NCBI GenBank assembly: GCA_028534125.1
Contig: CM052816.1
Location: 52,082,001 to 52,145,835 of the forward strand
DNA length: 63,835 bases
Direction of reading: 5' to 3'
DNA from: Lama glama
Taxonomy: Eukaryota
This document shows positions 1 to 63,835 of this stretch, piece after piece; positions within the stretch are counted from its first letter, which is position 1, and every line of letters starts with the position of its first letter. Under the pieces are notes generated by a model. That model worked only from the letters and a program-made list of their open reading frames with translations, ran no database searches and was not told where the DNA came from. Position numbers and translations under genes: made by a program.

Positions 1-844
1 TCATCATTAAATTTTCTTCTTTGCTTCTGGTCAATGAAGATGGCTATACCTCCACTTCATTTTTGGCTCATAAAATTACAACCCTGACAACAAGTACACC
101 TCAGAGCTTGAGTATAAAGCATAGAACTACAGTGATCAGTGGCATGCTTTATACAAAGAAACAGTTCTACGTGCTGCTCCACCAGGGCAAGCTGCAGCTA
201 CAAAGAGGCGGCGGAGAACTAACAAGGAATTCTTAGACAAAGTCCTTCTCAGAACACACCTAACAGCCTTCAGAATTATGTGCATTACATACATATTTAA
301 AGAATTCGTCAGCAGGAAAAGTGACTGACTTCCCAGTTTTAAAAATGAGCTGATCCCAAGCAGGATGGCTAAGGTTAGGTTTAGAGTCAAAATTATGCCA
401 ATATTCATCATTTTAAAAAGAGGAAATATTCATCTTCTAAGAAGCATGAGAAGAACATAAGATGCATAAATCTATTTCTCCTCCTCTGAAACCAAAAGTA
501 ACAAAGAGAGTCAAATATGGAGAAAGAAATATCTCTAATGAAATCAGGGCAGCCACAATCCCTTTGAGTAGACTCTGGAGAACATTTGTCAAATACAACA
601 AAATTGGGATTAAAAGAAAAACTGAAGGAGGATTCTGAGATTTGACATACATCTAGCCTAATTTTAAGCAAGTGTAAGGAGGGAGGGGGACGTGTGGTGA
701 GCCCTCTCAGCAATGCTTACACTGGATGTGGCCAGACTGGGGGGTGTGGAGAAACACAGCAGGGGTAAGCACCCACCTTCACAGCAGCACATAGTGAAGC
801 ATTTGAAGGATGACCTTTCAGCATATTATGAAAAACAAAACCTT

Positions 845-1050
845 CTCCTTGAAGTATACCACACATACAAAATGAATGAAATGAACACATCCATGTAACT
901 AGCATCATGTCAAGAAACAGAATATTATCATCACCACAGAAGCCCCTATTGTCCTTTACCAAGGAAGCCCTTCTAACAGCATACATTGATTTTGTTTCTT
1001 TTTGTACTTGATATATATGGAGCCATCCATATGTATGATTTTGTCTGTCA
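845..1050 (-). mobile_element. Old L1 (L1M-type) 3' UTR fragment
   Basis: Degenerate match to recalled L1M 3' end text (aagaaacagaatattatc...cagaagcccc). Confidence 0.5.
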
Positions 1051-1399
1051 TGTCATTTTTATTTCTTTCTATCTGGGTTCCTAACCAAGGAGGAAGGTCA
1101 GGAGATGATGAAACCAGCTCTACAGCTGCAGAACAGAGACGACTGAAGAGAAGTAAGACCAGACCTTGTAAACAAACCTGTAAGCCATAGGACCTCATAC
1201 TGACCCATACTCTGAAAATGAAATGGACATGAGAAATCTGGGTTGTCAGAATCCTCTCCCTGCTATGACACCAGTGATGGAAGATGCAATAACTATGGTG
1301 ATTACATATTTGGAGACAGAGTGTCTTAGCTGATTTCTTGCTGCCCAATATCAATGCTCCCTGCCTACCTCCCCTGAACATAACTGAATCATTGCATAA

Positions 1400-2380
1400 A
1401 TATTACAAGATAAAAACATAAATTAATACTTTCACTACTCTGGGCAAAGAGAAGGTCTACATAGAACTGCCTCCATTCAAAGATAAGAAAAATAATTGTA
1501 TATGACCCATGCAAAAATAATTTTTATAATTTAGAAAAGTGTTATAACATGAAAAGATAAAAGAATATACATCTGAAGAATTCCTTCTGAAAATTCAAGA
1601 AACTTTTAGGGAAAAATGCATCATATGCTGTCTTAGGATCTGAAAAGAACAGAAAGAGGAGATAGCTATGCAGAATAAGAGTACAATTGATGAGCAATCA
1701 GAGATCAAAGTTATTATTAAAAGAGTAACCATATTGAGCTCAGACAATAGTAAACATCTGATAATTGAATTTTCTGAAGAAGATAACAGAACAGGAAACA
1801 GAAAAAAATATGTTCAAATATTATAGTAGAAGAAAACTTTTCCGTATGAAAGGAAAGCTATAATATGCATAAAGAGATCAATATGTTTCAGGAAAAAAGA
1901 ATAGAATATGATCATTAATGAATCAAATTCTGGTTAAATAGCTGAACTTAAAGGATAAAGAATCATACAAGTATGTATGCGCAGGAAAATGTCATCCTAA
2001 AGGAAAATAAATCAGACTGGCCTCATATTTTTCTTCAGCAAACATTAGACACCAAAAGGCAATGAAGCAGTCTGTGGTGCTTGAATGAAACAACAAGATC
2101 CTCAAAAGCCAAGCTTCTACTCATATATATGTGCAAAATAAGGCTATGTCCATATATTTAAGAACTCAGGAAACACAGCAACCAATGGCTCCTTTCTAAA
2201 AAATAGTGTTAAATATAATCTAACTAAGCTGATGCATTACAGTAAAGAACTTATAAGAAAGTTTTGGTATGAAAAAGCTGGAGATAAGCATCATTTTAAC
2301 TTAAACATAGAAATAAATATAAATATATGCCATAATATAAATACCAAACAGATTATAATTGTTATAACTTTTTGAAGAAA
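1400..2380 (+). mobile_element. Ancient HAL1/L1 ORF1-like remnant
   Basis: A-rich; contains aaatcagactggcctcatattttt-cttcagcaaacattagacaccaaaaggcaatg, typical of the ORF1 C-terminal region; boundaries approximate. Confidence 0.55.
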
Positions 2381-2389
2381 AGCTAAATA

Positions 2390-5300
2390 CAATTGACCTT
2401 GAACAATGCAACTGTTATGGGCACTGACCCCCTAGGCAGTTGAAAATTCATGTATAATTTTTGACTCCTCCAAAACTAAACAGGTTACTGCTGACTAGAA
2501 GCCTTATTGATAACATACACAGTCAATTAATACATATTTTGTGTGGTATATATATTATATACTGTATTCTTACAACAAAGTAGAGAAAAAAATGTTACTA
2601 AGAAAATCATAAGAAAGAAAAAATACATTTACAGTCCTGTATTGTATTTATTGGTACTCTAAATTTGTATCTGTTTCTGAGTCATCTGTCAGTACCTATA
2701 TCAATATTGTCTTATATGATACAAAACACTGTAGTTGTTATACATATTACTAACATTAGACATCAAAATGAAAAGATAATGTTAGAAAAAAATTCCTATT
2801 TATTTACAGGTGTAAAAATTCATGCACTGATAATGAGGAAGCAGCAGTATGATTGCTTTATGGTAGGCTAGTGTAACTGATATAACTGTTTCACGGTACC
2901 TTAGCCTGTACACTAATGAGTGGTTTTAAAATTTTTATGGCATATAGTATTACAATTATATTCATAATACAATATTGAAAACACTGTTACACTTAAAATA
3001 AACCCACTTACTTGTTTAATGACCTAAATGTAAGACCTGAAACCATAAAACTCCAAGAGAACATAGGCAGAACACTTTTTAACATAAATCATAGCAATAC
3101 TTTTTTAGCTCTGTCTCCTAAGGCAAAAGAAACAAAAGTAAAAATAAACAAATGGGATGTAATTAAACTTAAAAGCTTTTGGACAGCACAAGATATCATT
3201 AACAAAATGAAAAGACAATCTACTGATTGGAAAAAAAATTGCAAATGACACGACTGATAAGGGGTTAATATCCAAAATATATAAACAGCTCATACAACAC
3301 AATACAAACTCAATTTTAAAAGGGGCAGAAGACCTGAACACACATTTTTCCAAAGAAAATATACAGATGACCAAGTGGGACACGAAAATATCACTAATCA
3401 TCAGAGAAATGCAAGTCAAAACCACAATGAGATATCACCTCACACCTGTCAGAACAGCTATGATCAAAGTCTACAAATAACAAGTGTTGGAAAGGAAATG
3501 GAGAAAAGGGAGCCTTAGTATACTGTTGGTGGGACTGTAAATTGGTGCAATGGAAAACAGTATGGTGCTTCCTCAAAAAACTAAAAATAGAACTATCATA
3601 TGATCATTCCTGAGAATATCTGAAGAAAACAAAAACACTAATTCAAAAAGATACACACACGCCAATATTCATAGCAGCATTATTTAGAATAGGCAAGATA
3701 TGGATGCAGCTTAAGTGTCCATCAATGGATAAAGAAGATGTGGTGTATATACACAACAGAATATTACTCATCTACAAAAAAAGAAGACAACTCTGCCATT
3801 TGCAACAACATGGATGGACCTAGAGAGTACTATGCTTAGTAAAGTAAGTTAGACAGAGAAAGACAAATACTCCATATTTTCACTTATGTGTGGAATCAAA
3901 AAAATAAAACAAGTGAATGAATGTAACAAAACAGAAACAGACTCACTGATAACAGATATAGAGAGCAAACTACTCGTTACCAGTGGGGAGATGGAAGGAG
4001 GGATGAACAAGATAGGGATAGGGGATTAAGCGACACAAACTGCAATGTAAAAATAAGCAACAAGGATATGTTGCACAGCCCAGGAAATAAAGCCATTATT
4101 TTGTAATAACTTTAAATAGAGTATAATCTATAAATAAGTGAACCACTATGTTATACACCTGAAACTAATATAATATTGTACATCAACTATACTTAAATTT
4201 TAAAAAAACACTGTGATGACAGTCTAACATACAGTTTCTTCAACTATGAGAAAGAGAGGCATACTCTACGGTAATGTAACTTTTTTGAAAGCAAAGTTAG
4301 AAAACAGTAAGAAAATTCACACACTAATTTTATATTACATATCACTCACCTTATGCCTGTGGAAAGGTTGGCTAATCATTTCAATACAAGTCTTGCACAC
4401 TTTGTTCTACACCATGAATGCTTATGCGGTGAGGAGGATGATGATGACACAAAAACATCTCACAAGAGTTCTTGCTGTATGGCTGTTAGATTTTCACACA
4501 AAGACACACACACATATAACAGATAAGTTTATTAACTATGGCACAATGAGTATTTACTATTTATTAAGTGGAGGTGAATTATTATAAAGGTCTTCTTCCT
4601 TATCGTCTTCACAATGAGTAGGCTGAGGAGGAGAAGGAAGAGGAGAGGCTGGGCTTGCTGTCCCAGGGGTGGCAGAGGTGCAAGAGATGGAGGAGGTGGT
4701 AGGGGAGGCAAGAGAGGCAAGCCCCTTGGTCAACAAAAGCTGCTTCTCCTGTTATCCTGACATTTTCAAAGCCAAACCTCTTTCTAAAATTATCAAACCA
4801 TCCTTTGCTGCCATTAAATTCTCCAGCTTTAGATCCTTTACCTTCCTTATGCTTTCAGTTGGCATAAGATTACTTCACTCTTCCTCAAATCATATTTGAG
4901 TCTAAAGGTATGCCTTTTTTATAACAATCTTTCACCCATGTAGAAGCTGCATTTTCAATATGAGATAAAAAAGCATTTTGCAAAAAAGTGTAAGGTTTTT
5001 GTGCCTGCTGGCATAGCTGCAGCAACGGCTTCAGGAATTTCCTTTTCTCTTTTCTATAATGGTCCTTACCCTGAATTCATTTGTCTCAAAATGGCGAGCA
5101 ACTGCAGCTGGAGACCTTGATCTACTATATCTATCAAGCGATTCAACTTTTTCTCATAATGTCATGACTTTTCTCTGCTTCCTGTGAGTACTTCCAGCAT
5201 CACTATTAGCACCTTGTATGGGTCCCCTGGTATTTTTCAATGTTTATGGTATTGCACTAAACAAGATGGAAAACATGTAAGAACCTCAAGAGATCACTTT

Positions 5301-5752
5301 TTACTGTGACACGCAACTTACTGGAGAAACAAATTGCTCACACAGAGATGATTAGTGTCACATAGTGTTTTAAGTGGATACTCAACATTTGAGCTCCCTG
5401 CAAAAGCAACAGGAGGTGGCTACAAAATTATTATAGTAGTATAGTATGCACTACAGTTAATTGTACGCAATTATAGCAACACCGCATCTTTGCTTACATT
5501 TCTCTCATCTGCAAATGGTGCCATGTATGGCCTGTGTGTATAAGAATGGACACATTTTAACTTTTTATAATAGATTTATGTATATTTTATGGCAATTAAT
5601 GATAAAATAGACTAGTATCTACATATATTTTATGCATGGATGACATCCCTACTTTTCTTACTTTTTCAATATTTCTAGGCTATGTGGTTTGCCTGTAAAT
5701 TTTTTCAAATTGTCGCAGATCTCCAAAAAGTTTTCTGATATATTTGTTGGAA
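2390..5752 (-). mobile_element. Tigger2-family (TcMar-Tigger) DNA transposon, internally deleted and split by an L1
   Basis: TIR-like caattgaccttgaacaa after TA near 2390; Tigger2 3' text at 2390-2640 and 4550-4720; decayed transposase N-terminus at about 5190-4725 (KVMTL*EKVE...AVARHF...KGWFDNFRKRFG...ITGEAA). Confidence 0.85.
3013..4204 (+). mobile_element. 5'-truncated L1 (ORF2 3' end plus 3' UTR) inserted in the Tigger2
   Basis: ORF 3012..3248 LNVRPETIKL...INKWDVIKLKSF is the L1 ORF2 C-terminus; A-rich tail; possible TSD aaaacactgt at 2978-2987 and 4205-4214. Confidence 0.93.
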
Positions 5753-6022
5753 ACAGTAACTTCCCTGGGTTCCATGACAGATCTACTGAATCAGGCAGCA
5801 ACTTGGGGAAGGGTTATGATCCAAGGACTATGATTTTTAGCAAATTTCTTTGAAGACAAGACCCCTAACCATGCAGGGAGTGGTAAGAAAGAGAAAGGGG
5901 AGAGAAAATGGGAAAGAGATGAGGACTGACGTTAACATTGACTGATATTCTTGTGTACCAACCTGAGACTCAGATCAGCACAGCTAAAGTGGGACCTAGA
6001 AATCTGCATTTAAAAACCTCCT

Positions 6023-6098
6023 CACTGGAATTTGACACAACATTGTAAAATGATTATAAATCAATAAAAAATGTTAAAAAAACAAAACAAAACAAAAC
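6023..6098 (+). mobile_element. Very short L1 3' end with (AAAAC)n tail inserted into a MER5-like hAT remnant
   Basis: TSD aaaaacctcct at 6012-6022 and 6099-6109; flanks rejoin as aatctgcatttaaaaacctccttaggtgattctga. Confidence 0.85.
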
Positions 6099-7454
6099 AA
6101 AAACCTCCTTAGGTGATTCTGATAGAAGGAAGGACATCCTTACATCCAATGAGGGAGCTTCATGGAAGTAAGGTTTGGAAAAAAAAGGAGCTTGGGGCTC
6201 AAAAGGAGGTTTAAATGGCACATAGTATTTCTGATGTAGAAATAAAAAAGACTATTTGAATATTTTTTAAAAAGGAGATAGTCAAAGGCAATGAAAGGAG
6301 GATTTGAGCAAAGGACAAGACAACTAGAGAAAAGAGTTCTTCTTCCTGAGATCTATAATTATTTCTGCAAGAAGACAGCCTTCATGTGTCTCAAGAAGTC
6401 ATAGAGGTGCACATTCTTCACCATGATTTCATGGCAACAAGGCAGATGACAATCTCTGGGGATTTAGTCTCAAAAATAGACTAGGTAGTAAAGCTCTAAC
6501 ATGCCTACTTGCAGAGGTTTAGTTTCTAAATGCCACGATGTAAAGCTTTTATTATGAACAAACAAACAACTGGAAGGTCTTCTGGATAAAAATCAGTCCA
6601 TATAATGGGTAAAAAAAAATGGATTCTTAAAGATGATGTTCAAAATCTATCAAGTCAGTGAAAGAGGCTTTTAATAATATGCCAGGAAAACAGGTGTAGA
6701 CCAGGATGTCCCAGATCCATCTCAGGCAAACCAGAATGGATAGCCCCCTAACGTTAATACCTCTATGGACGTTAATAAACCTAACAATAATCATCTATAC
6801 TAACTAGTGTTCCAAAGAGGAAATGGTCATCATTATAAAGTTAGAAACCACAGAAGGTATTAATCCAAGTTCCTTTTTCTCTTTAACCATGTCTTTAGTG
6901 TGAAATATCAAATGGCTCTTTTATAATTACTTGGCACAGCAGTAATTAATTTTGATATTGGAACTTAGTAAAGGTCAACCTTAATTTGTAGACCATATTG
7001 GATTCAATCTAGTCTTTACTCTGGAATTCACACAGTGAGCATTGTTTCACCAGCTCCATTACCACCACAACAGGCTCAAATTTGGACAAATTGTCGGAAG
7101 AAATTTCTATTTTATTTTTTTAAGATAAAGTATATTTCCGTATGGATCTTGAATCTCTGGTGAAGCAGTATCTTGATTACGAAAAGAAGAGTCATTTTGT
7201 TGGGTTTCTAATCTGAAAGGGTTTGGTTTTTCTTTTCTATTTCAACAAGTATTTATTGGGGGTCTATAGTTTGCCATGTTTGTCCTAAATGATAGATAAA
7301 ACAGAGGAGAAAGACAGACCAAAAGATTGTCATTTCAGTGAAAAATATTGTTTAGTTATTGTAATCAATGAGATTATTGGTTCACAAACCTGACTGCACT
7401 TTAGAATTATTGGGGGGAGTTTTAAAAAAATTCTGCCTTACCATATCAGAATTA

Positions 7455-8090
7455 TTCATAATACTCAAAAAATGGAACCAGTCCAAATCTGCATCAGCTG
7501 ATGAATGAATAAACAAAATGTGGTAAATACATAAATGGAAAAGTTTTCAGCAATACAAAAGAATGAAGTACTACTACATGCTACAACATGGATGAACCTT
7601 GAAAACAGTAAATGAAATGAAAGAAGTTGGTCACAAAAGACCCCATACAGTGTAACGCCATTCATATGAAATGTCTAAAATAGCAAATTCATAGAGACAG
7701 AAAGCAGATTAGTAACTGGGATTCGGCATTTGGGGGATGAATGGAGAGTGACTGCTACTGAGAACAGGTTTCTTTTTCAGGGTGATAAAAATATTCTAAA
7801 ACTGACTATAACCATGAGAGAAATGTAAATAAAGCCATAACTAGGTATCATCTTACACGTTAGGATGGTTACTGTCAAACAGACAAGCAGTAACAAGTGT
7901 TGGTGAAAGTGCGGAGAAAAGGGAACCCTCATACCGTACCCTACTGGTGGGAATGTAAACTGGTGCAGCCGATATGGAAAACAGTATGAACGTGCATCAA
8001 AAAACGAAACACAGAACTACCATATGACCCAGCAGCCCCGCTTCTGAGTATACAGCCAAAGGAAATTAAATCCGGATCTGAAAGACATAT
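7455..8090 (+). mobile_element. Two adjacent old L1 fragments (3' UTR about 7455-7810; ORF2 end about 7815-8090)
   Basis: catgctacaacatggatgaaccttgaaaac and ggtgggaatgtaaactggtgcagcc motifs. Confidence 0.8.
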
Positions 8091-8712
8091 CTGATTAGAA
8101 CTGCTGCCCTCCTTAAGTTTGGAAACTGGAGTATGTGCCCCATCAATGGCATCTTTCCTGCTAGTCTCCATGGTACGTGTGTCATCCTCATTCAACTGCC
8201 ACAGTGGACTCTGCCACAACTTTCCCTTCCGCACCTCAGTACCCCAGGGGAACGAAACTCAACTCACTGAGACATGCAGTTGGTCCGTGCCGGTCTTCTC
8301 CCGAACTTGGAGCAGCCCTGACCTCCTGCAAACTGGCTGGCTGGCTGACATCTTGCTTTATGTTAGAGAATCTATCTTGTAATGTTCCACATTGTCACTT
8401 GCCAGACACTGTGTACTGCCACTGCCGAGGCACACTGCTCTTGGGATCCCCCTCCTGCTTTAATGTTGACACTGGCCTAGGCAAGCCAGGGATAGCCCAG
8501 AATGTCCACTCGGACATTAGCACTGATGGCTGGTCCCTGCAGCTCCCTCAGGCATGGGCTTGACACTCCTGGGTTCATCTCCTTTTCTTGCTGGCCTGCC
8601 AGTAAGGTGACAGTACTACCTCTGAAATCCTGTTAATATAAAACATTTATGGTCTTACAGAGTATTGAAACATTGTTTAAAAAGTATCATTCTTCTAAAA
8701 ATTTAAAGAGTA

Positions 8713-8752
8713 GTCTATAGCCACACCACCCTGAATGCGCCCAATCTCGTCT
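8713..8752 (+). pseudogene. 3'-truncated, tailless 5S rRNA retropseudogene (first 40 nt of 5S)
   Basis: gtctatagccacaccaccctgaatgcgcccaatctcgtct versus 5S GTCTACGGCCATACCACCCTGAACGCGCCCGATCTCGTCT (5 differences); TSD aaaatttaaagagta at 8698-8712 and 8754-8768. Confidence 0.93.
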
Positions 8753-9442
8753 TAAAATTTAAAGAGTAAATTCCAACTAACCCTATTTGGAGACACTATT
8801 GTGAATTTCACTATATGTTAGTATTTCTGCAGGGATAGTGGAATCAACCAACATATACTCTAACTCCACAAAGGTAGGGAAACAGAAGGTTAAAGTGTGA
8901 GTGACTCAAAGGTATAGCAACCAACCACTCTTCAACCAGTGGACACTAAATTAACTGTGTCCAGGGGTCACTGTTAGGGCCACTGTAGGAAATAATCTAA
9001 AGAAGGAATCAGGAAAATGCCCATCTAGTGTGTAGAGGACATTTCACTGAGCAGGAATAATAAACGGGTGGGAAATAGGATGGAGAGCCTTTGTGCAAGA
9101 TCATACACTTAGAAACAAAAATAGAAGGACATGAGAAGCCAGGCTGTAAGTACTAGAAAAAAGCTCAGGGACGTAGCTGAGCACATGTCACCCTAAACAT
9201 GCAGGGAGGGGGTGCTGTTATGAATCAACAAAGCTTAAGGTTCCACACTGGGAAGATCATACACTTGCTGTATTGGTTAGTAGAAAGGTCCAAAATGAAT
9301 CAGCTCAGTTCTGTTAACTTGGGAAGAGCAGTGACCTTGGTTCTATAACTAAACCTAAAAAGTAACAAATGCCAGATAGTTGAAAATCAACAAAATTCAA
9401 CAGGAAAAAACCCCATAAATTATAGCAACTATTCATTAAATG

Positions 9443-9448
9443 TTTATT
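9443..9448 (-). terminator. Candidate MSH3 polyadenylation signal AATAAA (3' UTR of about 0.85 kb)
   Basis: tttatt on the plus strand; first canonical hexamer I found downstream of the stop; usage is inferred. Confidence 0.55.
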
Positions 9449-9590
9449 ACTGGAATGAATGACAATTTCATCCAATAATCTTTAAATTGCTTAAACTGTG
9501 ACAGTTAATTTTTCAAATTTCATATGACCTTACTCTTTCTGTGCTCTAGCTTCTAACAGCTTTCTATTTCTCTTCAAGAATTCTTATGCT

Positions 9591-9615
9591 GACTATAACT
9601 CAATACAAAAAAAAA
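9591..9615 (+). mobile_element. 25-nt L1 3'-terminal insertion in the MSH3 3' UTR
   Basis: gactataactcaata plus A-tail; TSD aattcttatgct at 9579-9590 and 9616-9627; the same text ends the L1 copy near 9919-9933. Confidence 0.8.
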
Positions 9616-9766
9616 AATTCTTATGCTCATAGTGAATAAACTGGTGGCATTATAAAATTATTTTTGCTCCAGTGTAAAGGTATATTCCTGCCAGACACTT
9701 CAGCCAGTTGCAAATGATCTGAACCAAAACAAATAAAATTATAAATTAAATTTTTATGTCATTCTA

Positions 9767-9955
9767 AGATAAGCAAGATTATACTGTATAGCACAGGGAA
9801 ATATATACAAGATCTTGTGGTAGCTCACAGTGAAAAAAATGTGACAACGAATATATGTATGTTTATGTGTAACTGAAAAATTGTGCTCTACACTGGAATT
9901 TGACACACATTATTAAATGACTATAACTCAATAAAAAATGTTAAGAAACAGTATG
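9767..9955 (+). mobile_element. L1 3' UTR fragment in the MSH3 3' UTR (antisense to the gene)
   Basis: Homologous to the copies at 13283-13519 and 62917-63049; TSD-like ttatgtcattct / ttatatcattct. Confidence 0.88.
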
Positions 9956-10284
9956 TTATATCATTCTTAAATTTTATGAACTGTATATTTTACCACTTTA
10001 GGTTTTACTTAGAAGGTTTTGATTTTATGTGAGTCTTACTGTCCCTGAAATTCTCTAATGACATGATAGAAATCTTAATATTCAAGTGTTTATACTCTTA
10101 AAAGTCAGGATGGCAGGAACTTGAAACAGACTTTCTACACAAAAAGCCTCTCTGTTTCTAATAGGAATATACCACGGTCATGTTTTCTGCTCACGTCACA
10201 CAAAGATGGGCTGTAACTGGAGAGTTATTTTGTACAGTTGGTAGTTCAATTTTCTCTTTTTCGTTAAAGAATGTAATCTTAGTT

Positions 10285-62334
<52,050 letters not shown>

Positions 62335-62916
62335 CTAAAATGAATACAAATAAAGGTTACATATTTAAATGATTAATCATTATATTTTAAAATTTTCCTC
62401 AAAATTGTGCTTAGTAGTGTAGCAAATATTATTCTAAACATTCAAAGTAAACACAGTATTGTTATCGAGAGAGCTCATATATGTACAACCAAATATTGTT
62501 AATTAGGGTTTCAATACCTGGGATAAAGTATAATTTGTATTGAGCAAAAAATCTGTAATAAAGGATATTACTTGGTGCTTTAATGTTGATAACATTGTTG
62601 CATTCATACTACGAATGGTAATTTTTCTTTAACGATCTCTTTCAATTGTTAGTACCCACTTATCTTAAGAATTCTATTACTCAGTAATAAGACTGAATTT
62701 CTAAGTAAATAAAAATTTTAAATATTTTATTATTAGATGTTAAGCTTGAGATATGGTCAATCCCTTATCCTGAACTGAAGAGGATTTATTATAATAGTTT
62801 TTATCCAAGAAACCTAAGTCCTGTAAAAGTATCCTCATAAAAAGCAATGACTTCCTCAGCAATTAAGGGAGGAAGGTACTTCCTCACATGATTACTTTCC
62901 CTAGGTTTTGGTTTAT

Positions 62917-63049
62917 TTTTTTTTTTTTTATCGAGTTATAATCATTTTATAATGTTTTGTCAAATTCCAGTGTAGAGCACAATTATTTCAGTTATACATG
63001 AACATACCCATATTCATTGTCACATTTTTTTTCACTGTGAACTACCACA
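62917..63049 (-). mobile_element. Short L1 3' fragment
   Basis: Perfect 17-bp TSD cctaggttttggtttat at 62900-62916 and 63050-63066. Confidence 0.92.
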
Positions 63050-63407
63050 CCTAGGTTTTGGTTTATATGAACCATGTCTTTATAGATTCACCTGTACTCT
63101 ACTGGCTCCTCTGAATCAGCCAACAAGCAGTGAAATCACTACTTCCAAAATATCTTGCATTTCTAGCATGACTTGTATATCATCCCTTCTTCCTGCTCAC
63201 TTTCCTGTATTACTGCAATAAAATTCAATGTTTTATTTAAACAAAGAAATAAGCAAATAGAAAATAGACTTATTTTTGTATGAGATGGAACCCAGAAGCT
63301 TTATGGCTGCCACTAATTTCAAGATGGCTACAGAAACTTTTTCACATATATTTACAACATTTCAGATATTTATAATGTGTGTATAATTAATAGTATGAGC
63401 CTGGCTC

Positions 63408-63835
63408 TTTTTTTTTTTTTTAATGGTTTTTATTTTATTTATTTATTTTTTATTTTTTACATTTTTTTATTGATTCATAATCATTTTACAGTGTTGTGTC
63501 AAATTCCAGTGTTCAGCATGTTCAGCACAATTTTTCAGTCATTCATGGACATATACACACTCATTGTCACATTTTTTTTTCTCTGTGATTTATCATAACA
63601 TTTTGTGTATATTTCCCTGTGCTATACAGTGTAATCTTGTTTATCTATTCTACAATTTTGAAATCCCAGTCTATCCCTTCCCACCCTCTACCCCACTCCG
63701 TAACCACAAGTCTGTATTCTCTGTCCATGAGTCTATTTCTGTCCTGTATTTATGCTTTGTTTTTGTTTGTTTTTGTTTTTTAGATTCCACATATGAGCGA
63801 TCTCATATGGTATTTTTCTTTCTCTTTCTGGCTTA
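63408..63835 (-). mobile_element. Young L1 3' end, continuing beyond the window
   Basis: Long T-rich tail, then 3' UTR nearly identical to 13283-13519. Confidence 0.92.

Noticed and set aside
21..411. Short ORFs at the window start as a possible processed pseudogene
   Set aside because: No recognisable protein similarity in the frames I translated, and no poly(A) or TSD seen.
8713..8752. Functional 5S rRNA gene
   Set aside because: Only 40 of about 120 nt, CpG-decayed, with no internal promoter.

Overview
Mammalian genomic DNA, most likely a camelid, judged from four copies of a tRNA-derived SINE that I recall as the camelid Vic-1 type. The window holds the 3' part of the mismatch-repair gene MSH3 on the minus strand. 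Nine coding exons (equivalent to human exons 16-24, 62334 down to the stop at 10285) all have GT-AG junctions and splice into one open frame of 1158 nt (385 aa + stop). That frame covers the end of the lever region, the ABC-ATPase domain and the C-terminal helix-turn-helix. The rest is intron, 3' UTR and downstream flank, filled with L1, L2, MIR, LTR, Tigger2, hAT and SINE remnants. I found no evidence for a new multi-gene system. Most notable: a Leu directly after the Walker A GKS (GPNMGGKSL), further ATPase-domain changes, a tailless 40-nt 5S rRNA retrocopy with a perfect 15-bp target-site duplication (TSD), several ultra-short L1 insertions with TSDs (one in the MSH3 3' UTR), and two stacked insertions beside a splice donor. 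Human comparisons, exon numbers and repeat family names come from memory and need database confirmation.
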